Source of the DNA: Bacteroidia bacterium
GTDB lineage: Bacteria; Bacteroidota; Bacteroidia; JABEUT01
DNA length: 56,936 nt
NCBI GenBank assembly: GCA_035485295.1
Contig: DATHOD010000153.1
Span: 1-56,936 of the forward strand
Direction of reading: 5' to 3'
Below are positions 1 to 7,792 of this stretch, one piece after another (position 1 is the stretch's first letter; each line of letters opens with the position of its first letter). Below the pieces are notes generated by a model that made no database searches, was not told the origin of the DNA, and saw only the letters and a program-made list of their open reading frames with translations. A program made the position numbers and the translations under genes.

Positions 1-403
1 AGCCCACCAGTCACTAACCACTAATCACTAGCCCCTAACGGCTGTTTATAAACAGAGAAAGAAAGAAAATAGGTTTCCCTTTCCTCTTCCCCTTCTTTTT
101 CCCCCTTTATTATCCCCAACTCTCTATCCCTTTGCACAAAAGAAAGTAAAGAGAGGCACACAAACTTTACATTTCATTTTGTAAATCAGTTAGTTAAACC
201 ATGAATTCGATTGCATTTTTATGCAGCTTTCTGAAAGCATAAACGGGGTTGTTTATAAATTCTGCTGATTTTTAATTATGTAATATTTTGTTTATTTAAT
301 TTTGTGACACGAAACTGCGTTTCAATAAGTAATTAGTAATTAACAATTAGGAATGATGGATAAAAGACGACGGATACCGCGCTACGCTTGCAATAATGGG
401 AAT

Positions 404-490
404 TCCTCCCCCGCCTTGCGGCCGCCCCCTCCAAAGGGGGATAATCTAATTTCCCTCTCATTGTGCAAGGAGAGGGACCAAGGGTGAGGT
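404..490 (+). repeat. GC-rich double-hairpin repeat element, copy 1, abutting the terminase start codon
   Basis: CCCCC-N6-GGGGG hairpin at 425-440. CCCTCTC-N10-GAGAGGG hairpin at 453-476, followed by GGGTGAGG (482-489). Related copies lie at 1144-1215 and 1727-1760, and an inverted copy lies at 45512-45557. Confidence 0.7.
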
Positions 491-491
491 T

Positions 492-1694
492 ATGGTTTTC
501 AACGACAAAATATACAGCGCCAATATGTCCGGCAAGCGTTACGTAATACATCAGGGCGGCACAGGTGCGGGCAAAACATTTTCTACGCTGCAATATCTTT
601 TAACCTACGCTGCCAAGTACCAGGACAGCGTAATTTCGGTAGTTGCCGAAACCATGCCTCACCTGAAACGCGGTGCCTTGCGCGACATGAGGCACATCAT
701 TGAACAAGAGGACTGGGACAAAACTGTGTTGGAGAACAAAAGCGGATTTTATTTTAAGATTTTAAAAAGCATAATCGAGTTCTTTCCTGCGGATAGCGCA
801 GCCAAGCTGCGTGGTGCAAGGCGCGATGTGTTGTTTATAAACGAATGTAATAACCTCGATTACGAGAGTTTTCAGCAGCTTGACGTACGCACCCGCAAAC
901 GCACCATTTTAGATTTTAACCCCGTTCGCCGCTTTTGGGTGCATGAAAAGCTTATGCCATCCTTGCATGAGCACGAATATTCTTTCGTACAAAGCACCTA
1001 TCTCGATAATCCCAGCCTTACGGCTGAAGAGATTAGAAACATTGAGCGCAGACGCTCAAACACTAATTGGTGGAAAGTTTACGGTGAAGGGGAAATTGGA
1101 ATTTCCGAAGGAATCGTATTCAATAACTGGAACATAATTGCGGCCTCCCCGCCCTCCGAAGGAGGGAGTGAAAATAATGGAATCCCCCTATCGGGAGGAG
1201 TTAGGGGGGCTCTTCCGGGCAATCTCCTTGGGTATGGTATTGACTTCGGTTTCACTCATTCCCCAACTGTAATTGTGCAGGTAAATGAATGCAATGGGGA
1301 GCTTTTTGTTAAGGAACTGCTGTACAAAACAGGTATGCACAACGATGAATTATTTGCTTTTGCTGCAAAACACCTCGATTTGAATGCAAAAGCAATTGCC
1401 GACAGTGCAGAGCCTAAAACAATCTGGTATTTGTATGGCAAGGGCTGGAAAGGAATTAAGGCGGCCATAAAAGGCCCTGATAGTGTTGAACATGGTATTG
1501 ACCTATTGCTTGACAGAAAGATTAACGTAACCGCTGACAGCCTTAACCTGATTAAAGAACTTAGGGAGTATATGTGGGATACGAACCTTGCAGGGCAATT
1601 TGTCCGCCGCCCCGTAAAAGAGTACGACCATGCTATTGATGCCCTGCGCTATTTGTATAGTTACCCTAAAAAACGTCAGTTCCTGTTTGCGTAG
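492..1694 (+). CDS. terL: phage terminase large subunit (PBSX/Terminase_3-6 type), isolated copy
   Basis: 400-aa ORF. Walker A GGTGAGKT at residues 22-29. Walker B with catalytic Glu in DVLFINE. Nuclease-domain acidic motifs GIDFGF, IADSAEPK and DHAIDALRY. Confidence 0.85.
   Translation: MVFNDKIYSANMSGKRYVIHQGGTGAGKTFSTLQYLLTYAAKYQDSVISVVAETMPHLKRGALRDMRHIIEQEDWDKTVLENKSGFYFKILKSIIEFFPADSAAKLRGARRDVLFINECNNLDYESFQQLDVRTRKRTILDFNPVRRFWVHEKLMPSLHEHEYSFVQSTYLDNPSLTAEEIRNIERRRSNTNWWKVYGEGEIGISEGIVFNNWNIIAASPPSEGGSENNGIPLSGGVRGALPGNLLGYGIDFGFTHSPTVIVQVNECNGELFVKELLYKTGMHNDELFAFAAKHLDLNAKAIADSAEPKTIWYLYGKGWKGIKAAIKGPDSVEHGIDLLLDRKINVTADSLNLIKELREYMWDTNLAGQFVRRPVKEYDHAIDALRYLYSYPKKRQFLFA
1144..1215 (+). 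repeat. GC-rich hairpin repeat element, copy 2, inserted in frame inside terL
   Basis: Perfect hairpin CCCTCC-GAA-GGAGGG at 1152-1166, then CCCCCTATCGGGAGG and TTAGGGGGG. The sequence resembles copy 1. It encodes the low-complexity stretch SPPSEGGSENNGIPLSGGVRGALPG. Confidence 0.65.
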
Positions 1695-1726
1695 CAAACA
1701 ATTATGAGCTATGATTTAAAATACAC

Positions 1727-1760
1727 TCCTCCCTCTTAATCTCCCTCCAAAGGGAGACAA
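1727..1760 (+). repeat. GC-rich hairpin repeat element, copy 3 (partial), just downstream of the terL stop
   Basis: CTCCCT-CCAA-AGGGAG hairpin at 1741-1756, preceded by CCTCCCTCTTAATCT. It shares the TAATCT and CCCTCCAAAGGG modules with copy 1. Confidence 0.6.
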
Positions 1761-1901
1761 TTCGTGTAATTCGTGGCGAAAAACAAGAAATTGCAATGCA
1801 CATCGATAAAATCACACAAAACACTATAAATCAATTAGTTAAGTTTTATAATTTCCTAAAAGTTGCAGAAAACTGTAAGAAACTGCAAGTTTTGGAACAG
1901 A

Positions 1902-1928
1902 CCCTTCGACAAGCTCAGGGTAACAAAA
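1902..1928 (+). repeat. short dispersed repeat CCCTTCGAC(A/G)AGCTCAGG(G/A)T(A/G)ACAAAA, copy a
   Basis: A 27-nt match with 3 mismatches to 45625-45651. Confidence 0.6.
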
Positions 1929-2064
1929 AGCGTGAGGGATTGCAGCGGTTACCCCACAGCGAAGCGAGGAATAAAAGCGTAAAGCCCGACCCCGATTTCA
2001 GGGCTGTTTTAGAGGGGGCACGCCCAGGCTTTAAAAAGGACATTAAAATATTTACTAATGACTA

Positions 2065-2094
2065 TTTGTTGGAAGTTAAAAATTACTATCTTTG
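2065..2094 (+). promoter_or_regulatory. putative Bacteroidetes-type promoter of rpsF-rpsR-rplI
   Basis: TTTG at 2065-2068 and TATCTTTG (TAnnTTTG) at 2087-2094, 19 nt upstream of the rpsF ATG. Confidence 0.5.
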
Positions 2095-2113
2095 CCGTCC
2101 ATTTTTAAAAATC

Positions 2114-2503
2114 ATGAATCTAACGAAGACGTACGAGACCGTATTTATCCTTACCCCGGTATTGTCAGAAGAGCAGACCAAAGAAGCTATTGACTTTTAC
2201 CGTAAGACATTGAAAGAGCATAGCGCTAAGATTACCCATGAAGAACACTGGGGACTACGTAAATTAGCGTATCCTATACAAAAGAAAAGCACTGGTTTTT
2301 ACCATGTAATTCAGTTTGAAGCGCCTACCTCCTTTATTAAGGATTTAGACATTACCTACCATAGGGATGAGCGTATCTTACGTTACCTTACTATTGCCCT
2401 TGATAAGCATGCAATGGCTTATATGGACAAAAGAAGGGCTAAGATCAGTAGCCTGAAGAAGGATGCCGATCACAAGAAAAGCAAAGCAGAATCTACACTA
2501 TAA
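2114..2503 (+). CDS. rpsF: 30S ribosomal protein S6
   Basis: The C-terminal 129 aa of ORF 1796-2503 (MNLTKTYETVFILTP...) are S6-like. The internal ATG at 2114 follows the promoter box. The upstream part of the ORF is repeat DNA. Confidence 0.9.
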   Translation: MNLTKTYETVFILTPVLSEEQTKEAIDFYRKTLKEHSAKITHEEHWGLRKLAYPIQKKSTGFYHVIQFEAPTSFIKDLDITYHRDERILRYLTIALDKHAMAYMDKRRAKISSLKKDADHKKSKAESTL

Positions 2504-2521
2504 AATATAATAAACCAGACC

Positions 2522-2806
2522 ATGGCAGAGAATAAACCATCAGCAGCAGGAAATGAAGTAAGATATCTTACTCCTCCTCCAATAGAGGTTAAGAAGAATA
2601 AATATTGCCGCTTTAAAAAGTATGGCATTAGATATGTGGATTACAAGAATCCTGATTTTTTGAAGCACTTTATTAACGAACAAGGTAAATTGTTACCTGT
2701 ACGTATTACCGGTACTTCATCTAAATACCAAAGAAAGGTATCACAAGCTGTAAAAAGGGCACGCCACATTGCGTTACTTCCTTTCGTAGGCGATCTTTTA
2801 AAATAA
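2522..2806 (+). CDS. rpsR: 30S ribosomal protein S18
   Basis: 94 aa with the YCRFKK...IDYKN-like and LLPFV motifs. It sits between S6 and L9. Confidence 0.93.
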   Translation: MAENKPSAAGNEVRYLTPPPIEVKKNKYCRFKKYGIRYVDYKNPDFLKHFINEQGKLLPVRITGTSSKYQRKVSQAVKRARHIALLPFVGDLLK

Positions 2807-2828
2807 TATTAAACACACGCTTTAAGCC

Positions 2829-3275
2829 ATGGAAATTATCCTTACCAAAGACGTAGAGAACCTAGGAACCCAGTTCGACCTTGTAAAAGTTCGTCCGGGT
2901 TATGCCAGGAATTTTCTTATACCAAGAGGTCTTGCAATGACAGCTACCGCTTCAAACCGAAAAGCACTTGATGAAATTGTTAAGCAACGCGCTCATAAAC
3001 TTGAGAAGTTGAAGACCGATGCAGAAAATGCAGCGAAGAAACTGAAAGATTTAGTATTGAAAATTGCTGCTAAAACGGGTGAAAACGGTAAAATATTCGG
3101 TTCTGTTAATGCTGTTCAATTAGCTGAAGCTATTCAAAAGGTTGGTTTTACAGTAGAAAGAAAGAATATTGACCTTGCTTCTGACCATATTAAAACAACA
3201 GGAAAGTATTCTGCTAATGTTCGTCTATACAAAGACGTAACTGTAGAAGTGAACTTTGAAGTAGTATCAGAATAA
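2829..3275 (+). CDS. rplI: 50S ribosomal protein L9
   Basis: 148 aa, MEIILTKDVENLG...VRPGYARNFLIP N-terminus typical of L9. Confidence 0.93.
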   Translation: MEIILTKDVENLGTQFDLVKVRPGYARNFLIPRGLAMTATASNRKALDEIVKQRAHKLEKLKTDAENAAKKLKDLVLKIAAKTGENGKIFGSVNAVQLAEAIQKVGFTVERKNIDLASDHIKTTGKYSANVRLYKDVTVEVNFEVVSE

Positions 3276-3299
3276 ATATTCTGTTTATATAAAACTAAA

Positions 3300-3322
3300 C
3301 CCCGCTAAAAGCGGGGTTTTTT
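3300..3322. terminator. bidirectional intrinsic terminator between rplI and parC
   Basis: CCCCGC-TAAAA-GCGGGG hairpin at 3300-3316, flanked by an A-run upstream and a T-run downstream. Confidence 0.8.
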
Positions 3323-3343
3323 ATTTTAAGGAATTATTCTCTT

Positions 3344-6154
3344 CTAGAATAAGGACATTTGCTCATGACCTCCTTTGGCACCACCTCCACCCTTACCCTT
3401 TTTCTTAGCGGGTGTTGACTTCACTTCCTTATGAGCAGGTTTAGGGCTTACCGGATTCTGTTGCGGCACCGGAGCAGTTTTGGCTTCAGCCTTCTTAGCG
3501 GGTTTAACTGATTGCGGAGTATCTTGTTTTGCTCTAATAAATTCTTCTACAGGAGAGAATTCGCTTTCAGTATCATCAGCCGCTTCAAGTTCAAATTGTC
3601 CTCCACCAGGCGCAGGCTCTTTAAGCAATTCAACCGGGGCATTGGGGTCAGGTACAAGTTGTATCTCTCTCACCTTGGCATAATTCAATGGCTTGCCCTG
3701 AGCCTTCAAACCCATTACAGGGAACTCATCTACTTTAAGTTTTTCATCGAGTAACTCCTTGCCCTTTTCCTTACTGAATTTTATTTCTGCAATAAGATGC
3801 TGATTATCGCTTACTGCTTCAAGCAACGACCCTTCAGTCTCTGAAATCAATTTAACCTTCTTATCAGTTACATCAGGAATACACCTCTTTAAATAATATT
3901 TCTTTTTCTCACCTTCCCAATACACAGTGGTGATAGGCTTCTGGTCATTGAATTTTGCCAATAGCACCATGTCTTCTTCAAAATGGGCAGTAAGGTCAAA
4001 ACCACTCATGCGGTATTGGCCATCTTGTGTAACTACCAGTATTTTATCTTCCCCTGCAAACTCTCCAAGGTAAGTTCCTCTTTCTTCTGTATTCAAACGC
4101 AGTACTGTATCGTCAAACCATATCTTCTGTGCGCTAAGGGTTGATACTCCCTTTTCCTTCTGCATTACTTTACGTACAGGATACTTGGTAATAATATTGC
4201 CAATAGAATCCCTGCCCTTAATAGCCATATCTGCAAAGTTCAGGTCAAACTCCTTAATACGTGCACTGGTTGCACCTTTTAAATGTATAGTAACAACTTC
4301 TGCTTCACCATTTGGGTTAGCAGTCATGTATAGCACTTCAGATTCAGGGTTACCACGGGTAAGCACATATTCCTTATCTCGAATAACAGACGTGATTGCA
4401 AAGCGCTTGATCATTGTATTGCCCTTTGCACCATCACGATAAATCATATTATAAATGGTACGGTCATCATTGCGTTTAAATACATTTATGTAAATAATAT
4501 CCTTACCTATGAAAGCCTTTTCAGCCACTTTTGTAATAAGCACAGTACCATCTCTGCGGAAAGCAATAATATCATCCAGGTCAGAGCAGTCGCAAACAAA
4601 TTCATCCTTCTTCATGCTATAACCCGCAAAACCTTCTTCCTTATTTACATAAAGCTTTTGGTTCGAAGCTGCTACACGTGTAGCCACAATGGTATCGAAT
4701 GATTTTATTTCTGTTTTACGCTCCCTGCCGGTACCATATTTCTTCTTAAGCTCTTTATAATATTCAATTGCATATTCCGTAAGGTTATCAATATTATGCT
4801 GCACCGTTTTCATATTGTCCAGTAAGGACTTCATGAACTCATCTGCAATAAACGTATCGTATTTCGAAATCCTCTTGATACGAATTTCAGTAAGCTTAAT
4901 AATATCTTCACGGGTTATCTGGCGCGGGAATTTCTTCTTATAAGGTTTCAGGCCATCTTCAATTGCTACAAGTACTTCTTCCCATGTTTCACAAGATTCA
5001 ATATCTCTGTATATGCGCTTTTCAATAAATATTTTCTCCAGTGATGCGAAGTGCAATTGCTCGGTAAGGTCATGTTTCTTTATTTCTAATTCCTTTTGCA
5101 AGAGACCAAGGGTACGGTCAGTAGCTATCCTCAGCATTTCACTCACACCTAAAAACCTTGGCTTGTTCTGTTCAATTACACAGGCATTTGGCGAAATTGA
5201 AATAGCACAATCAGTAAAGGCATAAAGCGCATCAATGGTCTTATCAGGAGAAACACCTGAAGGCAGATGAATTAGTATCTCAACGTTCTCAGCGGTATTA
5301 TCTTCAATGTTCTTGATCTTAATCTTACCCTTTTCATTAGCAGTTAAAATAGAATCTATAAGCGAACTTGTTGTAGTTCCGAATGGAACTTCGGTAATTG
5401 TTAATGTCTTTTTATCTGTAATATTTATCCTGGCCCTTATTATAACTTTACCACCTCTAATTCCATCATTGTAATTAGAGAAATCAGCCATACCTGCTGT
5501 TGGAAAGTCAGGGTAGATATGAGGCTTCTGACCCTTAAGCACCTTTATAGAAGCATCAATTAACTCGTTAAAGTTATGAGGCAATATTTTGCATGAAAGT
5601 CCCACGGCTATACCTTCAGCACCCTGTGCCAGTAATAATGGAAACTTTACCGGCAGAATAACAGGTTCTTTATTTCTTCCATCATAACTGGCCTGCCATG
5701 TAGTCGTATCTGCATCAAACACTACATCAAGGGCAAATTTTGAGAGCCTGGCTTCAATATACCTCGGTGCGGCTGCAGAATCGCCTGTGAATATATTACC
5801 CCAGTTTCCCTGTGTATCAATTAAAAGTTCACGTTGGCCTAATTGAACCATAGCATCGCCAATAGAAGCATCGCCATGTGGGTGATATTTCATAGTATTA
5901 CCTATAACGTTAGCGGCTTTATTATAGCGGCCGTCATCTAATTCCTTTAGGGAGTGTAAAATACGCCTTTGTACAGGCTTAAGTCCATCTTCCACAGCCG
6001 GAACAGCACGTTCCAATATTACATAGGAAGCATAGTCGAGGAACCAGTTTTGATACAGAGCAGAAAGGTGTGTGACATGAGAGGTTTCATTTCCCTCATT
6101 ATCACCACTTTCATTCTTAATTTCTTCTGCGTCTTTCGGGTCTTTTTCAGCCAT
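3344..6154 (-). CDS. parC: DNA topoisomerase IV subunit A (GyrA/ParC family)
   Basis: 936 aa. N-terminus has the LKPVQRRIL and YHPHGD motifs. Catalytic Tyr context AAAPRYIEARL. No GyrA box was seen. The tail is Lys/Pro/Ala/Gly-rich. Confidence 0.85.
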   Translation of the reverse strand: MAEKDPKDAEEIKNESGDNEGNETSHVTHLSALYQNWFLDYASYVILERAVPAVEDGLKPVQRRILHSLKELDDGRYNKAANVIGNTMKYHPHGDASIGDAMVQLGQRELLIDTQGNWGNIFTGDSAAAPRYIEARLSKFALDVVFDADTTTWQASYDGRNKEPVILPVKFPLLLAQGAEGIAVGLSCKILPHNFNELIDASIKVLKGQKPHIYPDFPTAGMADFSNYNDGIRGGKVIIRARINITDKKTLTITEVPFGTTTSSLIDSILTANEKGKIKIKNIEDNTAENVEILIHLPSGVSPDKTIDALYAFTDCAISISPNACVIEQNKPRFLGVSEMLRIATDRTLGLLQKELEIKKHDLTEQLHFASLEKIFIEKRIYRDIESCETWEEVLVAIEDGLKPYKKKFPRQITREDIIKLTEIRIKRISKYDTFIADEFMKSLLDNMKTVQHNIDNLTEYAIEYYKELKKKYGTGRERKTEIKSFDTIVATRVAASNQKLYVNKEEGFAGYSMKKDEFVCDCSDLDDIIAFRRDGTVLITKVAEKAFIGKDIIYINVFKRNDDRTIYNMIYRDGAKGNTMIKRFAITSVIRDKEYVLTRGNPESEVLYMTANPNGEAEVVTIHLKGATSARIKEFDLNFADMAIKGRDSIGNIITKYPVRKVMQKEKGVSTLSAQKIWFDDTVLRLNTEERGTYLGEFAGEDKILVVTQDGQYRMSGFDLTAHFEEDMVLLAKFNDQKPITTVYWEGEKKKYYLKRCIPDVTDKKVKLISETEGSLLEAVSDNQHLIAEIKFSKEKGKELLDEKLKVDEFPVMGLKAQGKPLNYAKVREIQLVPDPNAPVELLKEPAPGGGQFELEAADDTESEFSPVEEFIRAKQDTPQSVKPAKKAEAKTAPVPQQNPVSPKPAHKEVKSTPAKKKGKGGGGAKGGHEQMSLF

Positions 6155-6182
6155 ATGTTTTTTGGACAGTATTTAACCGCCG

Positions 6183-6190
6183 CAAAAATA
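6183..6190 (-). promoter_or_regulatory. putative -7 box of parC promoter
   Basis: The minus strand reads TATTTTTG (TAnnTTTG), 29 nt upstream of the parC ATG. Confidence 0.4.
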
Positions 6191-6258
6191 ATCTTTTGCC
6201 TATGCCATAAACGGTGCAAGGCTAATAAGATTTAAACAGATTAGGGTAAATTACCAAC

Positions 6259-6288
6259 AAAAAAGCCCCCTGCATTACTACAGAGGGC
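6259..6288 (-). terminator. intrinsic terminator of T9SS-CTD gene 6311-7627
   Basis: GC-rich 8-bp stem with one mismatch (6265-6272 pairs with 6281-6288), followed on the minus strand by T6. Confidence 0.75.
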
Positions 6289-6310
6289 TTTTTATTATGG
6301 CTAAAGTCTA

Positions 6311-7627
6311 TTACTGGGTAATAACCATCCTCTTGGTAACTACATTCCCATTCACTTTTACTGAATAGAAATATATACCGGGGGTAAATTGATTAGCACT
6401 AAGGTTAATTACATGTTGACCTGAAGCTACATTGCTGTAGTTACTTTCAACTAATTTTCTACCTGTCAAATCATATACGTTGAACATTACGTCTGATTCC
6501 TTAGAAAGGGTATAGCTAATCTGGCTATTCTTATTGAATGGGTTTGGTGCATTTTGTGCAACATCAAAGCCATTATTAGCAAGTTCGCTTATACCTGTTA
6601 TAATAGGCTTGCCTATTGAAATGGAAGCAAATATTTCGAGATCCTGCGCAGGAAAATATGCTGTATCGGTACAACCTGAATATATTTGATCATAGAATCC
6701 TACACCGGCTGAATTTACGTCCTTGCCTGCGTATAAACCTGAAATATTGGGAGCCCAAATAGCTTTTCCGTTACCACCATTCTTTGCATCATTGATCCAA
6801 TACTCGCCATTATAAAAACTATTAACGTGAGGAGCACGACCATCAACTACACCAATAGAAGTATATGCACTGGTAACTGCACCACTTGGGGTACAAGTTG
6901 AACCCTGAGAAACATACCAAACTCCAACAGTATCCTTCTTAGAGCCGTAATTCTTCATATTAATACAGAAATTCCAGCCATGAGTTGCTTTACGGGGGAT
7001 TGAGATTGGACTTGCCGGTATAATTTCAACCAATTGAAGTGAATCAAGTACATTATATTGTAATGATGTTGTATCAATCAATACTGTATCTGCACCATAT
7101 TGCGTAGCAGTAGGTAAGCCTTTCGCATTAACACCACAAACTTGGAAAATAAGTGTATCTGTAAGTTTAGATGTATTATGATAAGCCATATATGCCCAAA
7201 TAGTGTCAACATAAACTGAGTCAGTTATACTCTTTAATACAGGAGAAACAAAGCCTTTTGAATAGGCATCCCACAATGTATCGTAAGTAACAGTAACATA
7301 ATTTATTAAATCAGTATTAGCTGTAGCAGAAGATAATGGGCTGGTAACTGTATCAGCTAACTTATAACGCATATTGAAATATGCGGGAGGCGTCCAGTAA
7401 TAGAATGTTGCTAATGAGTTTATAGCACCGTCTCCGGCAACATAATCAATTAGAAAATTAGTAGCAGTACCTTCTGCTTTCTTTGCAGAACCAGAGCCTT
7501 TTAGAACGTTAGCAATTTTAGCAGTCTTGTGAAGCCCTGCTATTGGGGCAAAAGAATTTTGAGCAAAAGCCCCAGTAACCATAAGTAATAAAATGGCTGA
7601 GACCAGTAATTGATAGAACTTTTTCAT
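6311..7627 (-). CDS. secreted protein with T9SS type A C-terminal sorting domain, paralog 1
   Basis: 438 aa. N-terminal signal peptide (MKKFYQLLVSAILLLMVTGAFAQ). C-terminus NAPNPFNKNSQISY...GIYFYSVKVNGNVVTKRMVITQ is typical of Por/T9SS CTDs. Confidence 0.85.
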   Translation of the reverse strand: MKKFYQLLVSAILLLMVTGAFAQNSFAPIAGLHKTAKIANVLKGSGSAKKAEGTATNFLIDYVAGDGAINSLATFYYWTPPAYFNMRYKLADTVTSPLSSATANTDLINYVTVTYDTLWDAYSKGFVSPVLKSITDSVYVDTIWAYMAYHNTSKLTDTLIFQVCGVNAKGLPTATQYGADTVLIDTTSLQYNVLDSLQLVEIIPASPISIPRKATHGWNFCINMKNYGSKKDTVGVWYVSQGSTCTPSGAVTSAYTSIGVVDGRAPHVNSFYNGEYWINDAKNGGNGKAIWAPNISGLYAGKDVNSAGVGFYDQIYSGCTDTAYFPAQDLEIFASISIGKPIITGISELANNGFDVAQNAPNPFNKNSQISYTLSKESDVMFNVYDLTGRKLVESNYSNVASGQHVINLSANQFTPGIYFYSVKVNGNVVTKRMVITQ

Positions 7628-7741
7628 GAGGTAATTGTAATTTTATGATTAAAAACTGGCGCGAAAGTATATAGATTTTAATATACTCACGATAAATTTA
7701 ACAATTCACAAGATAAATTAACGATTTCGTAAAGGACTAAA

Positions 7742-7770
7742 CAAAAAAGCCCCTGCATTTCTGCAGGGGC
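7742..7770 (-). terminator. intrinsic terminator of T9SS-CTD gene 7793-9037
   Basis: GCCCCTGCA-TTTC-TGCAGGGGC hairpin at 7749-7770, followed on the minus strand by T7. Confidence 0.8.
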
Positions 7771-7792
7771 CTTCTCAAAAATTCTAAAACTA

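Noticed and set aside
60-160. A polypyrimidine (CT-rich) tract of about 100 nt at the left edge.
   Set aside because: It is striking by eye, but I could not define mirror symmetry, a repeat unit or an ORF. It is too close to the window edge to interpret.
333-593. 86-aa minus-strand ORF overlapping the terL start.
   Set aside because: It is read through the GC-rich hairpin repeat and is antisense to the terminase N-terminus. The sequence is low-complexity with no recognisable motifs, so it is most likely spurious.
1796-2113. 106-codon N-terminal extension of the rpsF ORF.
   Set aside because: The extension is composed of dispersed-repeat DNA and contains the putative rpsF promoter boxes. The S6 homology starts at the internal ATG at 2114.
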